Notes under the pieces: model-generated
What the model saw: the letters and a program-made list of their open reading frames with translations, nothing else
What the model was told of the DNA's origin: nothing
The model's database searches: none
Shown: piece by piece, positions 38,100-49,714 of the stretch
How positions within the stretch are numbered: position 1 is the first letter of the stretch
Layout: every line of letters starts with the position of its first letter
Program-made: the position numbers and the translations under genes
Origin: Cetorhinus maximus
Lineage: Eukaryota
Direction: 5' to 3'
Length of the DNA stretch: 64,000 nt
Assembly (NCBI RefSeq): GCF_964194155.1
Contig: NC_135881.1
Coordinates: forward strand, 167,896,001-167,960,000

Positions 38100-41000
38100 G
38101 GGTGTGGGGCATGGTATTAATCAGGAGATGAGAGAAGCATGTAGCGTGGGTAATACAGTAATCATGGGTGACTTTAATCTGCATATAGACTGGGTAAACA
38201 TAATGAGTACTAATGCTGTGGGAGACTAGTTTCTGGAGTGCGTCAGAGATGGTTTCTAGAACAGTATGTTGAAGAACCAACTAGAGGACAAGGCTATTTT
38301 AGATCTAGTATTATGTAACAAAAAAAGGGCTAAATAATAATCCTGTTGTAAAAGAACCTTTAGGGATGAGTGACCATTATATGATAGAATTATGTTTGAA
38401 AGTGAGGTAGTTCAATCTGAAGCCCAAGTATTAAATTTGAACACAGGATATTATGAAGGTATGAGGGGCAAATTGGCTGAGCCGGATTGGGAAAATACAT
38501 TAAAAGGTATGGCGGTACACAGGCAATGGACAGTCTTTAAAGAATTATTGCATAGTTTACAGCAATTATATATTCCTTTAAGACACAAAAACCCAAAAAG
38601 AAAAGCTAGTCAACCGTGGCTAACAAAGGAAGCTAAGGATTGTATAAGATTAAAAGAAAAGGCCTTTAAAATTGCTACAAATAGCAGTGAACAGTGTGAT
38701 TAGCTGGGGCCCGAATACTAATCCTGTGGTACCCCACCAGTCACAACCTGCCAACGCGAGAAAGACCCATTTATTCCTACTCTCTGTTTTCTGCCTGTTA
38801 ACCAATCCTTAATCCACACCAGTATGTTACCTCCTATCCTACGTACTTTAATTTTGCTAACCAACCTCCTTTGGGGGAATTTATCAAAAGCCTTCTGAAA
38901 ATCCAAGTATATATCAATGATTTGGATGTGAAGACCAAATGTAATACTTCCAAGTTCACAGATGAGACATAGCTAGGTGGTAATGTATGTTGTGAGGAAG
39001 ATGCAAAGTGGCTTCAAGAGGATTTTGACAGACTTAGTGAGCATTAGTGGCAGATGGAATATAAATAGAAAAATGTGGGTTGATAAGGAAGAGTCAGCAT
39101 GGATTTCTAAAGGGGAAATTGTGTTTAACTAACTTGCTGGAATATTTTGAAGAGGTAACAGAAAAGATCAATGAGGGTAATGCCGTTGATGTGGTGCACA
39201 TGGACTTTCAAAAGGCATTTGATACAGTGCCACACAACAGACTTGTAAGAAAAGTTATTGCTCATGGAATAAAAGGGACAGTAGTGAAGTGGATACAAAA
39301 TTTGGCTGAAAAATAAGAAGCGGAGAGTAATGGTCAATGGATATTTTTTGGGCTGGTGGAAGGTTTGTAGTGGAGTTTCCCAGGGGGGTTGGTATTGGTT
39401 CCTTTGCTTTTCCTTATAAATTAATGATCTAGATCTTGGTGTGCAGGGGACAGTTTCAAAGTTTGTGGATGATACAAAGCTTGGAAGTGTTGTAAACTGC
39501 GAGGAGGACAGTGTAGAACTTCAAAAGGACATAGACAAGTTGGTGGAGTGATCAGAAAGGTGGCAGATGAAATTCAATGCGGAGAAGTGTGAAGTGATGC
39601 ATTTTGGTAGGAAGAACATGAACAGACAATATAAAATAAGGGGTGAAATTTTGAAAGGGGTGTAGGAGCAGGAACAGAAAGACTTGGGTGTATATGTGCA
39701 CAGATCATTGAAGGTGGCAGAACAGATGGAGAGAGCAGTTAATGAAGCATATAGTATCCTGGGCTTATTAATAGGGGCATAGAGTACAAGAGCAAGAAGG
39801 TTATGCTGAATTTATAGAAGTCATTTGACCTCAGCTGGACTAGGCACCACATTATAGGAAGGATATGAACGCATTGGAGAGAGTGCAGAAGAGGTTTACA
39901 AAAATGGTTCCAGAGATGAGAAACTTCAGTTACGAAGATTGGAGAGGTTGGGACTGTTCTCCTTGGAGAGAAGAAGGCCAAGAGGTGATTTGCTAGAGAT
40001 GTTCAAAATCATGAGGGGGCTGGACAGAGTAGATAGGATGAAGCTGTTCCCACTCAGAAAAGGATCAAGAATGAGAGGGCACTGATTCAAAGTGATTTGC
40101 TAAAGAAGCAAATGTGACGTGAGGAAAAACTTTTTCACACAACGAGTGGTTCGGGTTTGGAATGCACTGCCTGGAAGTGTGGTGGAGGCAGGTTCAATCG
40201 AGACATTCAAAAGGCCATTAGATGATTATTTGAATTGAAACAATGTGCAGGGGTACGGGGAAAAGGCAGGGCAATGGCACGAGGTCATAATGCCCATTCG
40301 GAGAGCCGGTGCAGACATGATGGGCCGAATGGCCTCCTTCTGTGCCTTCAAGATTCTGTGATTATGTGGAAAAATGTGAGGTTTCCACTTCGGTAGGAGG
40401 AACAGATGTGCAGGGTATTTCTTAAATGATAAGAGATTAGAAAGTGTAGATGTACAGTAGGGCCTTGGTGTCTTCATCAATAAGCCACTGAAAGCTAACT
40501 TGCAGGTGCAGCAGGCAATTGGGAAGGCCAGTGATATGTTGGCCTTTATCCCAAGACGATTTGAGTACAGGAGTAGTGAAGTCTTGCCTCAGTTGTAGAG
40601 AACCTTGGTAAGACTGCACCTGGAGTACTGTGCGCAGTTTTGGTCCCCTTACCTTAGGAAGGATATTATTGCCATAGAGGGAATGCAATGAAGACTCACC
40701 AGACTTGTTCCAGAGATGGCAGCACTGTCCTTTGAAGAGAGATTGGGAAACCTGAGCCTGTATTCTCTAGAGTTTTGAAGAATGAGTGGTGATCTCATTG
40801 AAACCTACAAAATACTCAAAGGGATAGACAGGGTAGATGCAGGTAAGATGTTTCCCCTGGTTGGGGTGCCTAAAACCAGGGGACACAATTTCAAAATAAA
40901 GAGGAAGCCACTTAGAACCGAAATGAGGAGAAATTGTTTTACTCAGAGGGTTGTGAATCTTTGGAATTCTTTACCCCAGAAGGCTGTGGAAGCTCAGCCA

Positions 41001-41172
41001 TTGAGTATGTTTAAAGTCGAGATTGGCATTTAGAAATCTGTCAATGATGTAAAGAGTTATGCGGATAGTGTGGGGGGGAAAAGGCATTGAAGTGGATGAT
41101 CAGTCATGATCATATTGAATGGCGGAGCAGGCTCGGTGGGCTGAATGGCCTCCTCCTGCTCCTATGTTCCTA
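38100..41172 (+). mobile_element. CR1 LINE with an internal inversion (~38692-38910), interrupted by a younger CR1
   Basis: EN/tether ORF 38392-38703 (+), RT piece DFQKAFDK...GVPQ on the minus strand (38718-38906), then YINDLD (+); C-terminus ORF 40782-41033; cctatgttcctag tail. Confidence 0.85.
39078..40365 (+). mobile_element. CR1 LINE (5'-truncated) nested in a CR1
   Basis: ORF 39080-39316 (SQHGFLKGKLCLTNLLEYFE...DFQKAFD); attctgtgatt tail; gaaaaatgtg duplicated at both flanks. Confidence 0.88.
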
Positions 41173-43792
41173 GCTCCTCCAACCAATTAGGCCTGGATGG
41201 AAGTAGCTGAGGAAATAAATAGCAGGAATGTCCAGTGAGAGGCACCTTGTCGGACCTTGGCAAGTGCCCACTTGGTCCACATAAATGAAGTCTTGGTGTT
41301 CCAGGAGACTGCTGACGTCAGCAGCATGAGACCCTGAGTCATTGATGTTGACGCATGTTGAGAGAGATGATCCTTTATGTACTTTGTTGCAGCCTCATCT
41401 CCTTCTAGATGGATCTCGGTGTCCATCCCATCTGGCCTGTGCAGGGGCATGTGGCTGAGGAGAAGGCAGCTGGTGCTGCTGTGAGTGATGATCCAGTTGC
41501 TGCTGCTGGAGAAGTTGGCAGCAATGTGGACTTTGCTCTTAATCCTCAGCAGAGGTGGAAGCTGCATTAACTGCTGAAGGCTGGCATCAGGGAAATGTAA
41601 CTGAAGTTGTGCCAAGTGTTGGACAGGTGAAGTTAACAATCACCTTTAAGCAGCGAAAGCACTCTTTGAGATATGAAGCACTTTGAACAGCAGTCTGTCA
41701 AAGGCCATGGCTATAGCTCTACGGTGAAACTGATCAAAGTGTTCGTAACTTGTCACTTTCACAAAGGAATCTCTTCCTACTATATGCTTGCTTCAATGAC
41801 CCGGATAAGTTGCTGAAAGCTTGGGGAATGGCTTCCATGGCTGGGAAATCTAGGATTCAGTGCAAAATGACCTCTTAAGCGACTTCTCAACAACAAAATT
41901 ACTTGCCTGCCAGACTCATGGGGGCTCCCTGCTGCACAAGAGGGTGGGCTTGTATCAGATGCTGACCTAAGTTACCTTTTCATGACCCACTTGCCACTGA
42001 ACCCACCTCCAAAAGGGATGGGAAAATTCTGCCCAGAATGACTGAACACTTGGACAAACATCAGCTGATCAAACAATCAGTAGGGGCTTATAGGATAGAT
42101 CATATCTGTCTAACCCAGTTGAACTTTTTGAGGAAGTCCCTAAGCTTGTTGAATAGGAGAGCGTTTAAGGATGTTGTCTAAATGGACTCCCAGAAGCCAT
42201 TTCATAAGGTTTTGCTCAAGTGATTATTGACAAAAATGGATATGGAATTAAAGGTAACCCTATGACATAGGCAAGTAATTGTTTGGAAGATGAGTTTTCT
42301 GGTGAGATGTGACAAGTGGTGTTCCCCAGAGATATGTACTGAGGAGTCAACTTTTTTAGTATTTGTTAATGACATGGGTAAAGGAATAGAGAGTTGTCCT
42401 GTCCAAGTTTGCTGTTAACATATTCGGAGGTAAATGAGTTGGAAGTTGCAAAGTGACTAGACAGACTTAGTGAATGGGAAAATCTACAACAGATGGAGTA
42501 GAATTGTGAAGTCATTCACTTTGGATCTGAGAAATACAAATCAGAATATTTTCTCAATGTTAAGGGAAAAGGAACTGTAGAGGAATAAAAAGGAATTTCG
42601 ATGTCTATGTGCACTAAATCACTAAAAGCCAGTGCATGAATACAAAAAATAATCAAACCTGCCTTTGTATCAAGGGGTTGAAATACCAAAAGTGAGGAAG
42701 TGCTACTTCAGTTGTATAGAGCCTTGGCCAATCCTATTTAGAGCACTGCATTCAGTTTTGGGCAGCGAACCCCAGGAAAGATATATTGTTCTTGAAAGGC
42801 GTACAATGCAGATTTACCAGAATGATGCCAGGGTTTAAAAGGTTAAATTATAAGAACTGATTGAGTCTATTTGGTTTGTATTTCTTTGAGTGTAGAAGGT
42901 TGAGAAGTGATCTAATTGTTGTGTTTAAAATGATTAAGGGATTCAATAAGGTATACATATTTCCTCTGGTAGGGGAATCCAGAACAAGGAAGGCATAATC
43001 TTAAATTAGAGCTAAGTCATTGAGTGAAATCAGGAAGCACTTTTTCCACACAATCTGGAAATTGTTCCACCCACTAGATCTTGTGGCCAATAAAAGGCTA
43101 AAACCTGATAGATTTTCATTGGGCAAGGTTATCATGTGGTATGGTATAAAGGTGGGTAAATGGAGTTGAAGTACAGATCAGCCATGAATGGCGGAAAAGG
43201 TTCAAGAGGTTCAATAACCTACCCTTGTCCTCATGATTCATATCTTCCTAATGTCATTGAGAGGCAACATATCGAATAATTGAAGAGAACAAAAAATGGA
43301 ACCTTGGGGCAGAATGGATATGTATATGTGAGTAGATGCAGGAGAATAAGTCATTGCAAAAGATGTGTCAGCCATAAGGGGTTGCATAGGAGGTAAATTG
43401 AGGTGGTGCCACTAACACGGACAGTGCTTGTGGATGGTGCGGTTGACTATGTGAGAGGTACATGATGGATAAAGGAACTGATTACTATTGTGAAAGATGT
43501 TGCCGGTGTCCTTGGACCAAGCTGAATGGATTCAAGCAAGGAGAGGTAGATGACCTCATGATACTTAGTCATAGTTTCCAAATGTTATTGCATTTACCTT
43601 ATAATTGGGTGCACTGTAATCGAGTGTCTGCTTTTGTGCCAGCTGTTGTAAGAAGTTCTAAGAGCTGAGAGGCCACCCACAAGCAGACCGAGAAAGTACG
43701 CTGGCTTCTGGATGATCTTGGAGGGTTGCCAATGTTAGGTGGCAGTTACACATAATGAGGGGTCAAGGGAGGCTTTTTTAAGGAAGGGGTGA

Positions 43793-45677
43793 TGCTGTGC
43801 ATAGCACTGAGTAGAACTAATATGCTCAGCTGCAAGGCGTCATTATTGAGCTAACTTTATTTACACCTCCCCAACAGAGAGGGCAGCAAAGAGGGCAATA
43901 TCAAAAAATGTTCAGATCTTGCACTATATTACACTGCCTCCCCACTAAAACACAATTTATACATTAAAGTGTAAAGTGGTACATGTACCTAAGTTCCTTG
44001 GATACAATATGACTAAACCAACATCATTAATACCTGAAAATTTAACAGGTTAGGTTGCATAATTGTTTTTTTACTGTAATCAAAACCAGAACACACACGA
44101 CTGATACTACCAGAGTAATTTGCATGTTTAATTTTTTAAAAAATTTCCTTAATACAAGTATGTGTTTAACAAAAATATCATTAAGCCAATTTCTTCCCAT
44201 CAGGGAGACTTTATTCTCTCCTACTACAACCATTGGAAAAAATAGGATGCATCATCATATTCCACTCTAAGGCTAACTTTACTTAACATGAGAATACTGT
44301 TATTAAAGTAACTAGTGGGTTTCACATCATTTTTGAGTAAGCGAATGTGACTGGGGGATTTATTGTACTCTTGACATACTGCAGCTGCATCAGTGATGAA
44401 AGTAAATTGTGGGCAATGGAATTTTATCTTCAGCCTTTTTACTCTCATCTACTGTATGCTGTTTTTCTTGCTCTCCTACTGAGTACAATTCTTGATCTTC
44501 CTGCTCAATAACATCAACTTCTGTTTCCATATCTACCTTATGCACATTCAAAGATTTCCAGACCCCTGAGCTAGTTTAATTCTACCAAAACTTCTATCTG
44601 GTTTTGGTACAAAAATCTGCTTCATGTTTGTGACCTGGAACTTCACCATAACCTGGTGTTTCCTCTATTCCTGCATGCCATTTGGATATCACTGATTTTC
44701 CCACAGACATAGCGCTTCAAATGGAAATGTGGGCTTTTTAAATGGTTGGTGGCTACCATGACAATGATAGCATCTAAATTTTTGACTCTTGTGACTATGA
44801 ACTTGGCTGCTATGTCCTGGATCTCGCTGAAATCCAGTGTACCTCTGCACCAACTCAGGAAAAGAACTGCTTTGCAATTTGCAACTATCCCTTTTGGCCA
44901 TTTCCAGGGCTGTGGTCACATTTCATGCCAGCTGATTGCCTTCACTCAAAAGCTTGGTCTTGATTTTATTGCTCTTTAGGCCTCTTATGAACAGCTTTCT
45001 ACAGTTGATTTCTAATTTTGCACCATACCCAGAGTGGCAGAGTTTCTTTCATTCGAGAATGTTACCTGTAACAGTCTCACTTGGCAGCTGCTTCCTTTGA
45101 TGAAACATAACCCTTAATGCCATAATTTCCAGAATTTCATTAATTCCAGCATATTCCATTGTACAGGGTTCTCATGCGCAACACTGTTTTGATGCCACAT
45201 CGCATCTGGCCCCATTATGGTGAGGGAAACGTTTACTTTATCCTCATCCAGTTTCACTTTCAGCCAAATGTGTAACCTTTGTTTGTAGTTACACCAGCCC
45301 TCTTTGTTAGGGTTGAATTCCCCCATTGTCTCCAAATATGTCTTCAGCGCCATTTTTTCAATTGCGAACCATGCTGACTCATTGTACCTGAACATGATGT
45401 GCATGCAGAGTAATCTCTCGAATTGCTCAGACTTCCTCAAAATCAACTTTAGGAGTTCCAAAACTGTGTCACAATGTTCTTCAATTCTCAATTTCTCAAA
45501 TGAAATGTAAAAGAAAATTCCATCCCAGCCTTAACGCTGTCTGCCTGTTGTGTATTGCACTGAGTAAAACTAACATTTGTATAGCTGCAGGCAACCATTG
45601 TTGAATTAATGTTACTGAACACCTCCCCAAAAGAGAGGGCAATATAACAAAATGCTCAGATTTTGCAATATGCTACA
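43793..45677 (-). mobile_element. Short-LTR Gypsy-like retroelement, non-autonomous (gag/protease remnants only)
   Basis: Direct repeats 43793-43933 and 45546-45677 with TG...CA ends; polypurine tract next to the left LTR on the minus strand; gag-like MGEFNPNKEGWCNYKQRL, knuckle-like CYHCHGSH and protease-like VVVGENKVSLMGRNWL. Confidence 0.82.
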
Positions 45678-45867
45678 GGCAAGTCTAGTAGTTTTAAAAG
45701 AAAATGAATGCAGAAAATACAAGTCAGGTAGCATCTGTAGAGAATAAAACTAAGTTAATCTTTCAAGCCAATGACCTTTCATCAGAACATCCATTTAGCT
45801 TTAATATTAAAAGATGAATATGGAACAGTGCTTGTGAAAGAGAAGCCATTGACAACGTATTTACACA

Positions 45868-47594
45868 TGTAGGCGTCCCCCCCCCCCCCAAAGACCCTCC
45901 CCACACTCAAGCTCGTGACACCAGATACACAAGTGTACAGCTTGAACAGAATGACCAGCGAGACAAGTTTCTTCTGATAATTTGCAATTGCTTTATTGAA
46001 TCACCCACAACCTCACTCCACAAAACCCCAAAATTTAAATCAACCCATTCCCAGTAGCCGACACACAGTCACCACGACTCAGGCTTAAACTTACAAAAAT
46101 GCTAACTCCACACACAGTCCCCGTGGCTTGCTTTAAACTTACAAAAACACAGGCAAAAACACTGTGTCTTGTCCTGAAACCTTAAGAAAAAAACCTCAGA
46201 CCAATATCACTAAGGTATTGCTGAAACAAGTTACAAGGTACTGGCAAAACACACACAATTTTCACCCAAACCTTCACTAAACCCTGAGCCAAATCACAGT
46301 GATATTAGTCTGAAACTTACAGTCCCCAACACAGCTAGTCTGTCTGGTGCTGACTGTAGGCCTGAGTCAAGGTGACCAAACCTCGTCCGAATGCACCTTT
46401 GGGACAATATCACCACGATATGGCTGAAAACACAATCCCCAACACAGGTGGTCTGTCTGGTGCTGAATGTAGGCTTGAGTCAGGGTGACCGGCCTGACCC
46501 TCCTTCCAGCTGCAGCCCAGATACTCAGATCTGCTCTTCTTTTATAGTAATATAACTCAGGCGTGTCAAAAAATATTTCCTGTTGCTCCAATGTCCATTT
46601 AGTTGATTCCACGCAAAGTCCAGACGAATGTCATCAGCTCCTGCTCATTGAAACAATACGGGGCTTTCCATGGAAGATGTATGTAGGCGAATATTATCAG
46701 TTCTCATTGTATGAGCAATTCTCCAGCTGTTTGAGGTGGCACAGTAACAGTACCTGGCCCCAAAGTTAATGAGGGTTTGAATGACCCTGTTTGAGTACTA
46801 TTGTCGGTGGTGCAGATCTTAGTTGCATAATTCCTTGAGTGTATTGTATTGATGATAACGTCCTTGCATTGGGTAATCCAGCTTGATTGCATTAGTTGAT
46901 GGCGGGTAATATCATTTCTCTGGTACCATTGCTCCCTGATAGCAGTCAGTCAATGTCCAAACCCTTTTGATAAGTAACTTTTTTTACGGACCATCCAAAT
47001 TAACCCCTTGCTGCCCAGCCCTGTACTGCTGACTGCAGCTTATCTTTTGTAATTATAGTTCCAGTCATGAGGTCAAGACATGTCCGTGGGTTTGAAATTA
47101 TGTTCCATAAATTTCCCAGTGGAGGGGATTTCGATCCTGCGCACAGTTCACCAGAAATTGTAAAGTATATGTGACAAAATTTTGGTATTGGCTGTAGCTT
47201 TGGCTGATCATGGTACACAAGGTTAAAAACACATTCAGTGATAGAAAATGGACAGCCCATCTGACACAGAACTCAAGACATAAATGTGCTGATGGGCATA
47301 TTTAATTGTTAACTCTGCTGCTGATTGTTCTGTTGTGCTCCATACGCTGTTGCAAACCAGTGATAATTGATAGTTGGATTGTTACAGCAGTAATCAGGTA
47401 GGCAGCCTAAGCCAGAATCTGATATTTACTTATTCCATGTGTTGAAATCTGAAAAATCAGCAGAGAGTACATTATACCCAATAAGCTAAAATACATGGGG
47501 AAGGGTCCTCCTAGACCCTGGGCCTGCTGGGTTTACCTAGACATTGGGCAAATAAAGGTACGTTCCAGAGCATAGATAATGAAGGGCCGCGTAT
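45868..47594 (-). mobile_element. Large (~1.7 kb) solo-LTR-like element
   Basis: Imperfect terminal inverted repeats TGTAGGCGTCCC / GGGCCGCGTATA; minus-strand TATAAAA at ~46540 and AATAAA at ~45993; internal ~52-bp duplication (46326-46378 vs 46439-46490). No TSD seen. Confidence 0.5.
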
Positions 47595-48043
47595 ATAGAA
47601 GGCAGCTCACCACCTTCTCGAGGACATTTAGGGATGAGCAATAAATGCTGGCCTAGCCAGCGATGCCCACATTCCATGAATTAACAAAAAAAAAAATAAT
47701 CTGTAATGTTGAGGGAGAGTTGAAATGTAAAAACTCGAACATGTCATTATACATATTACCTAGGAATATTTTCAAGTATAGGCCAAAGAGTTGGTGAAAA
47801 ATGACAAAAGCTTTGGGTCTCTTGCTAAACTGTTGGCACAACTTGATGGGTAATTTGAACTGTTGAAGAATGGCTAGCCAACATGTGTCCCAGCCTCAGT
47901 AGTTTGGTTCTTCAAGTGACAGCTCATCTGTAACACAGTGTTCACCTTTCACAAATCCCAGTAATGGCTTTGGACGGATTCCTTTTAATTTGCACTGGCA
48001 CTTGAATTTATTGCAGATACAATTAGATTTTTTAACCAGAATT

Positions 48044-49155
48044 AAAATGAAAGCAGAAAATGCTAGAAATACTCAGCAGGTCAGGCAGCATCTGTGGAGA
48101 GAGAAACATAGGATGGAAGACAGGAGAGATTGAATGACAGAAGAGTTAGTCTTAAAGGGCCAAAGAGAATGGTGATGAGCAAAAAGAGAAACAAAGAAAC
48201 AAAATATGTGCCTAGAGCAGGTGTGCTGCTGTCTGAAAGGGGAAAAAAGAGAAGAACTGAAACATGCATAAAAAAGGAAACAAAATGTGCGCCAGAGATT
48301 AAAGCCTGAAATTGTCCGGTCATCTGTTTCTGTTGATACAATTGTCAGACGGCCTTGTTATGAATACTTGGCTGAGCTACCAAACTCACCTAATGGATCA
48401 GTACAGCGGGGGTCTGTTTACACAGGTTGAAGGGGTGTGTTAATTTTGATTGACATCTTTGAGATTATAATGAGTTCTTTGATCTGCTTTTTCAACATCT
48501 GTGTGTTTATTTGGACAAGAGTAAGAGGTGTGAAGTAGGGAAAAGCTTGTTATTGATACTGTGAATGGCCGTGTCTGATTAAACACTTTTATAGGGTTTG
48601 AGCAGCAGATTTTTTTTTCAAAGATTTTTGAATGGGTATTTTTTTCTGTCAACATTTCAAGATTTTCCAGCAATGGTTCATTGGTTCTGTACATAGTACA
48701 TACTGGGTGAGTGGGCATGTTGGATGCATGACGGCATGGAAGGGAGATGGGGTAATGGAAGGCATGGGGTATGGGAGGCTTTGAGGGGTCATGGGGATTG
48801 GTCGGTAATTATGGTGTTGCGAGATGAGGGCTAGAGGGCCTCACGGCCTTCAATACAACTGAGCTAAAGCATCGCCTGGGCACTCGCATGCCTTTGTGTC
48901 CACCTCCAAACTGCCCCTGATACCATGCCACCCCTGTTGCCTTGGAACGGAAATACAGCAGGCGGGGGGACCTTTTAAAGGAGACAGATCTGCCAAGTCG
49001 GGAAATTTCATGACTCTGTCTTCCCGCCTGCTCCACGAAAATCAGGCCAGTTCACTCTGTTTCTCTCTGCACAGATGCTGCCTGACCTGCTGAATATTTC
49101 CAGCATGTTCTGTTTTATTTCAGATTTCCAGTGTCCACAGTATTCTGCTTTTTGT
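48044..49155. mobile_element. Penelope-like element remnant with inverted termini, enclosing a Harbinger-type MITE piece (~48400-49049)
   Basis: aatactcagcaggtcaggcagcatctgtggagagagaaaca at 48068 and its reverse complement at 49055-49100; MITE end GAAAATCAGGCC. Confidence 0.6.
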
Positions 49156-49247
49156 TTAAAATTAAACCATTACACTTTAGTACCTGACCTCTTGAATGAA
49201 TGAAGCTAAGTAGCAGTTCATTCAGCTTTATCTCTTTTTTTTTACAG

Positions 49248-49325
49248 AACTTGTACAGTTTTCTGGCTCAGCCAAATGCCCTTTCTCATCTTGATTTGTC
49301 GAACACAGACTGTGCATTAGATATG
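49248..49325 (+). CDS. CARMIL1: CARMIL1 coding exon (LRR)
   Basis: T-rich tract + ACAG acceptor; [26 protein letters not shown]; donor GTATGT. Confidence 0.95.
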
Positions 49326-49389
49326 GTATGTACACAAGTTTCATGTGATTGATATTTTTATATTTGAACTTGACAACTTCAGCAATTGG

Positions 49390-49620
49390 GGGAAATTCTT
49401 TCACCCAGGGGGTTGTGTACATCTGGAACTAACTGTCTGAAAGGGTAGTGGAGGCAGAAACCCATGTCACATTTAAGAAGTACTTGGATATGCATTTGAA
49501 GTACCATAACCTAGCTACCAGGAGATGGAAACTGGGATTAGGCTGAAGAGCTACATGTTGGCGACTGTGCACACAATGGGCCAAATGGCCACCTTCTATC
49601 TTGTAAATTTCTATGATTCA
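49390..49620 (+). mobile_element. CR1 3' end
   Basis: tctttcacccagggggttgtg...atgggccaaatggcc...tttctatgatt. Confidence 0.75.
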
Positions 49621-49714
49621 CTTCCTGTTAACCATAACACACAAAAAGAGAACTTTTACAGTATGGTCAGCTCTGCAGTACTGCAGAGTGAGAATTGTTG
49701 GAAATCACCAAAGT

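Larger units (their letters stand above)
37697..42034. mobile_element. Internally deleted Harbinger element (Myb-like remnant), split by CR1s
   Basis: Right TIR GGAAAATTCTGCCC ends at 42034; AGA on both flanks; WMEVAEEINSR-like remnant at ~41194; left TIR degraded. Confidence 0.55.
36300..43240 (+). mobile_element. Old long CR1 (pieces ~36300-36790, 37090-37696, 42035-43240) hosting a second insertion stack
   Basis: EN-like, then PGPD-like and RT-like nucleotide motifs in order; the sequence resumes after the AGA duplication at 42035. Confidence 0.65.

Noticed and set aside
46080-46490. CRISPR-like repeat-spacer array
   Set aside because: Only two or three imperfect duplications of unequal spacing in eukaryotic DNA, with no cas genes; typical LTR internal repeats.
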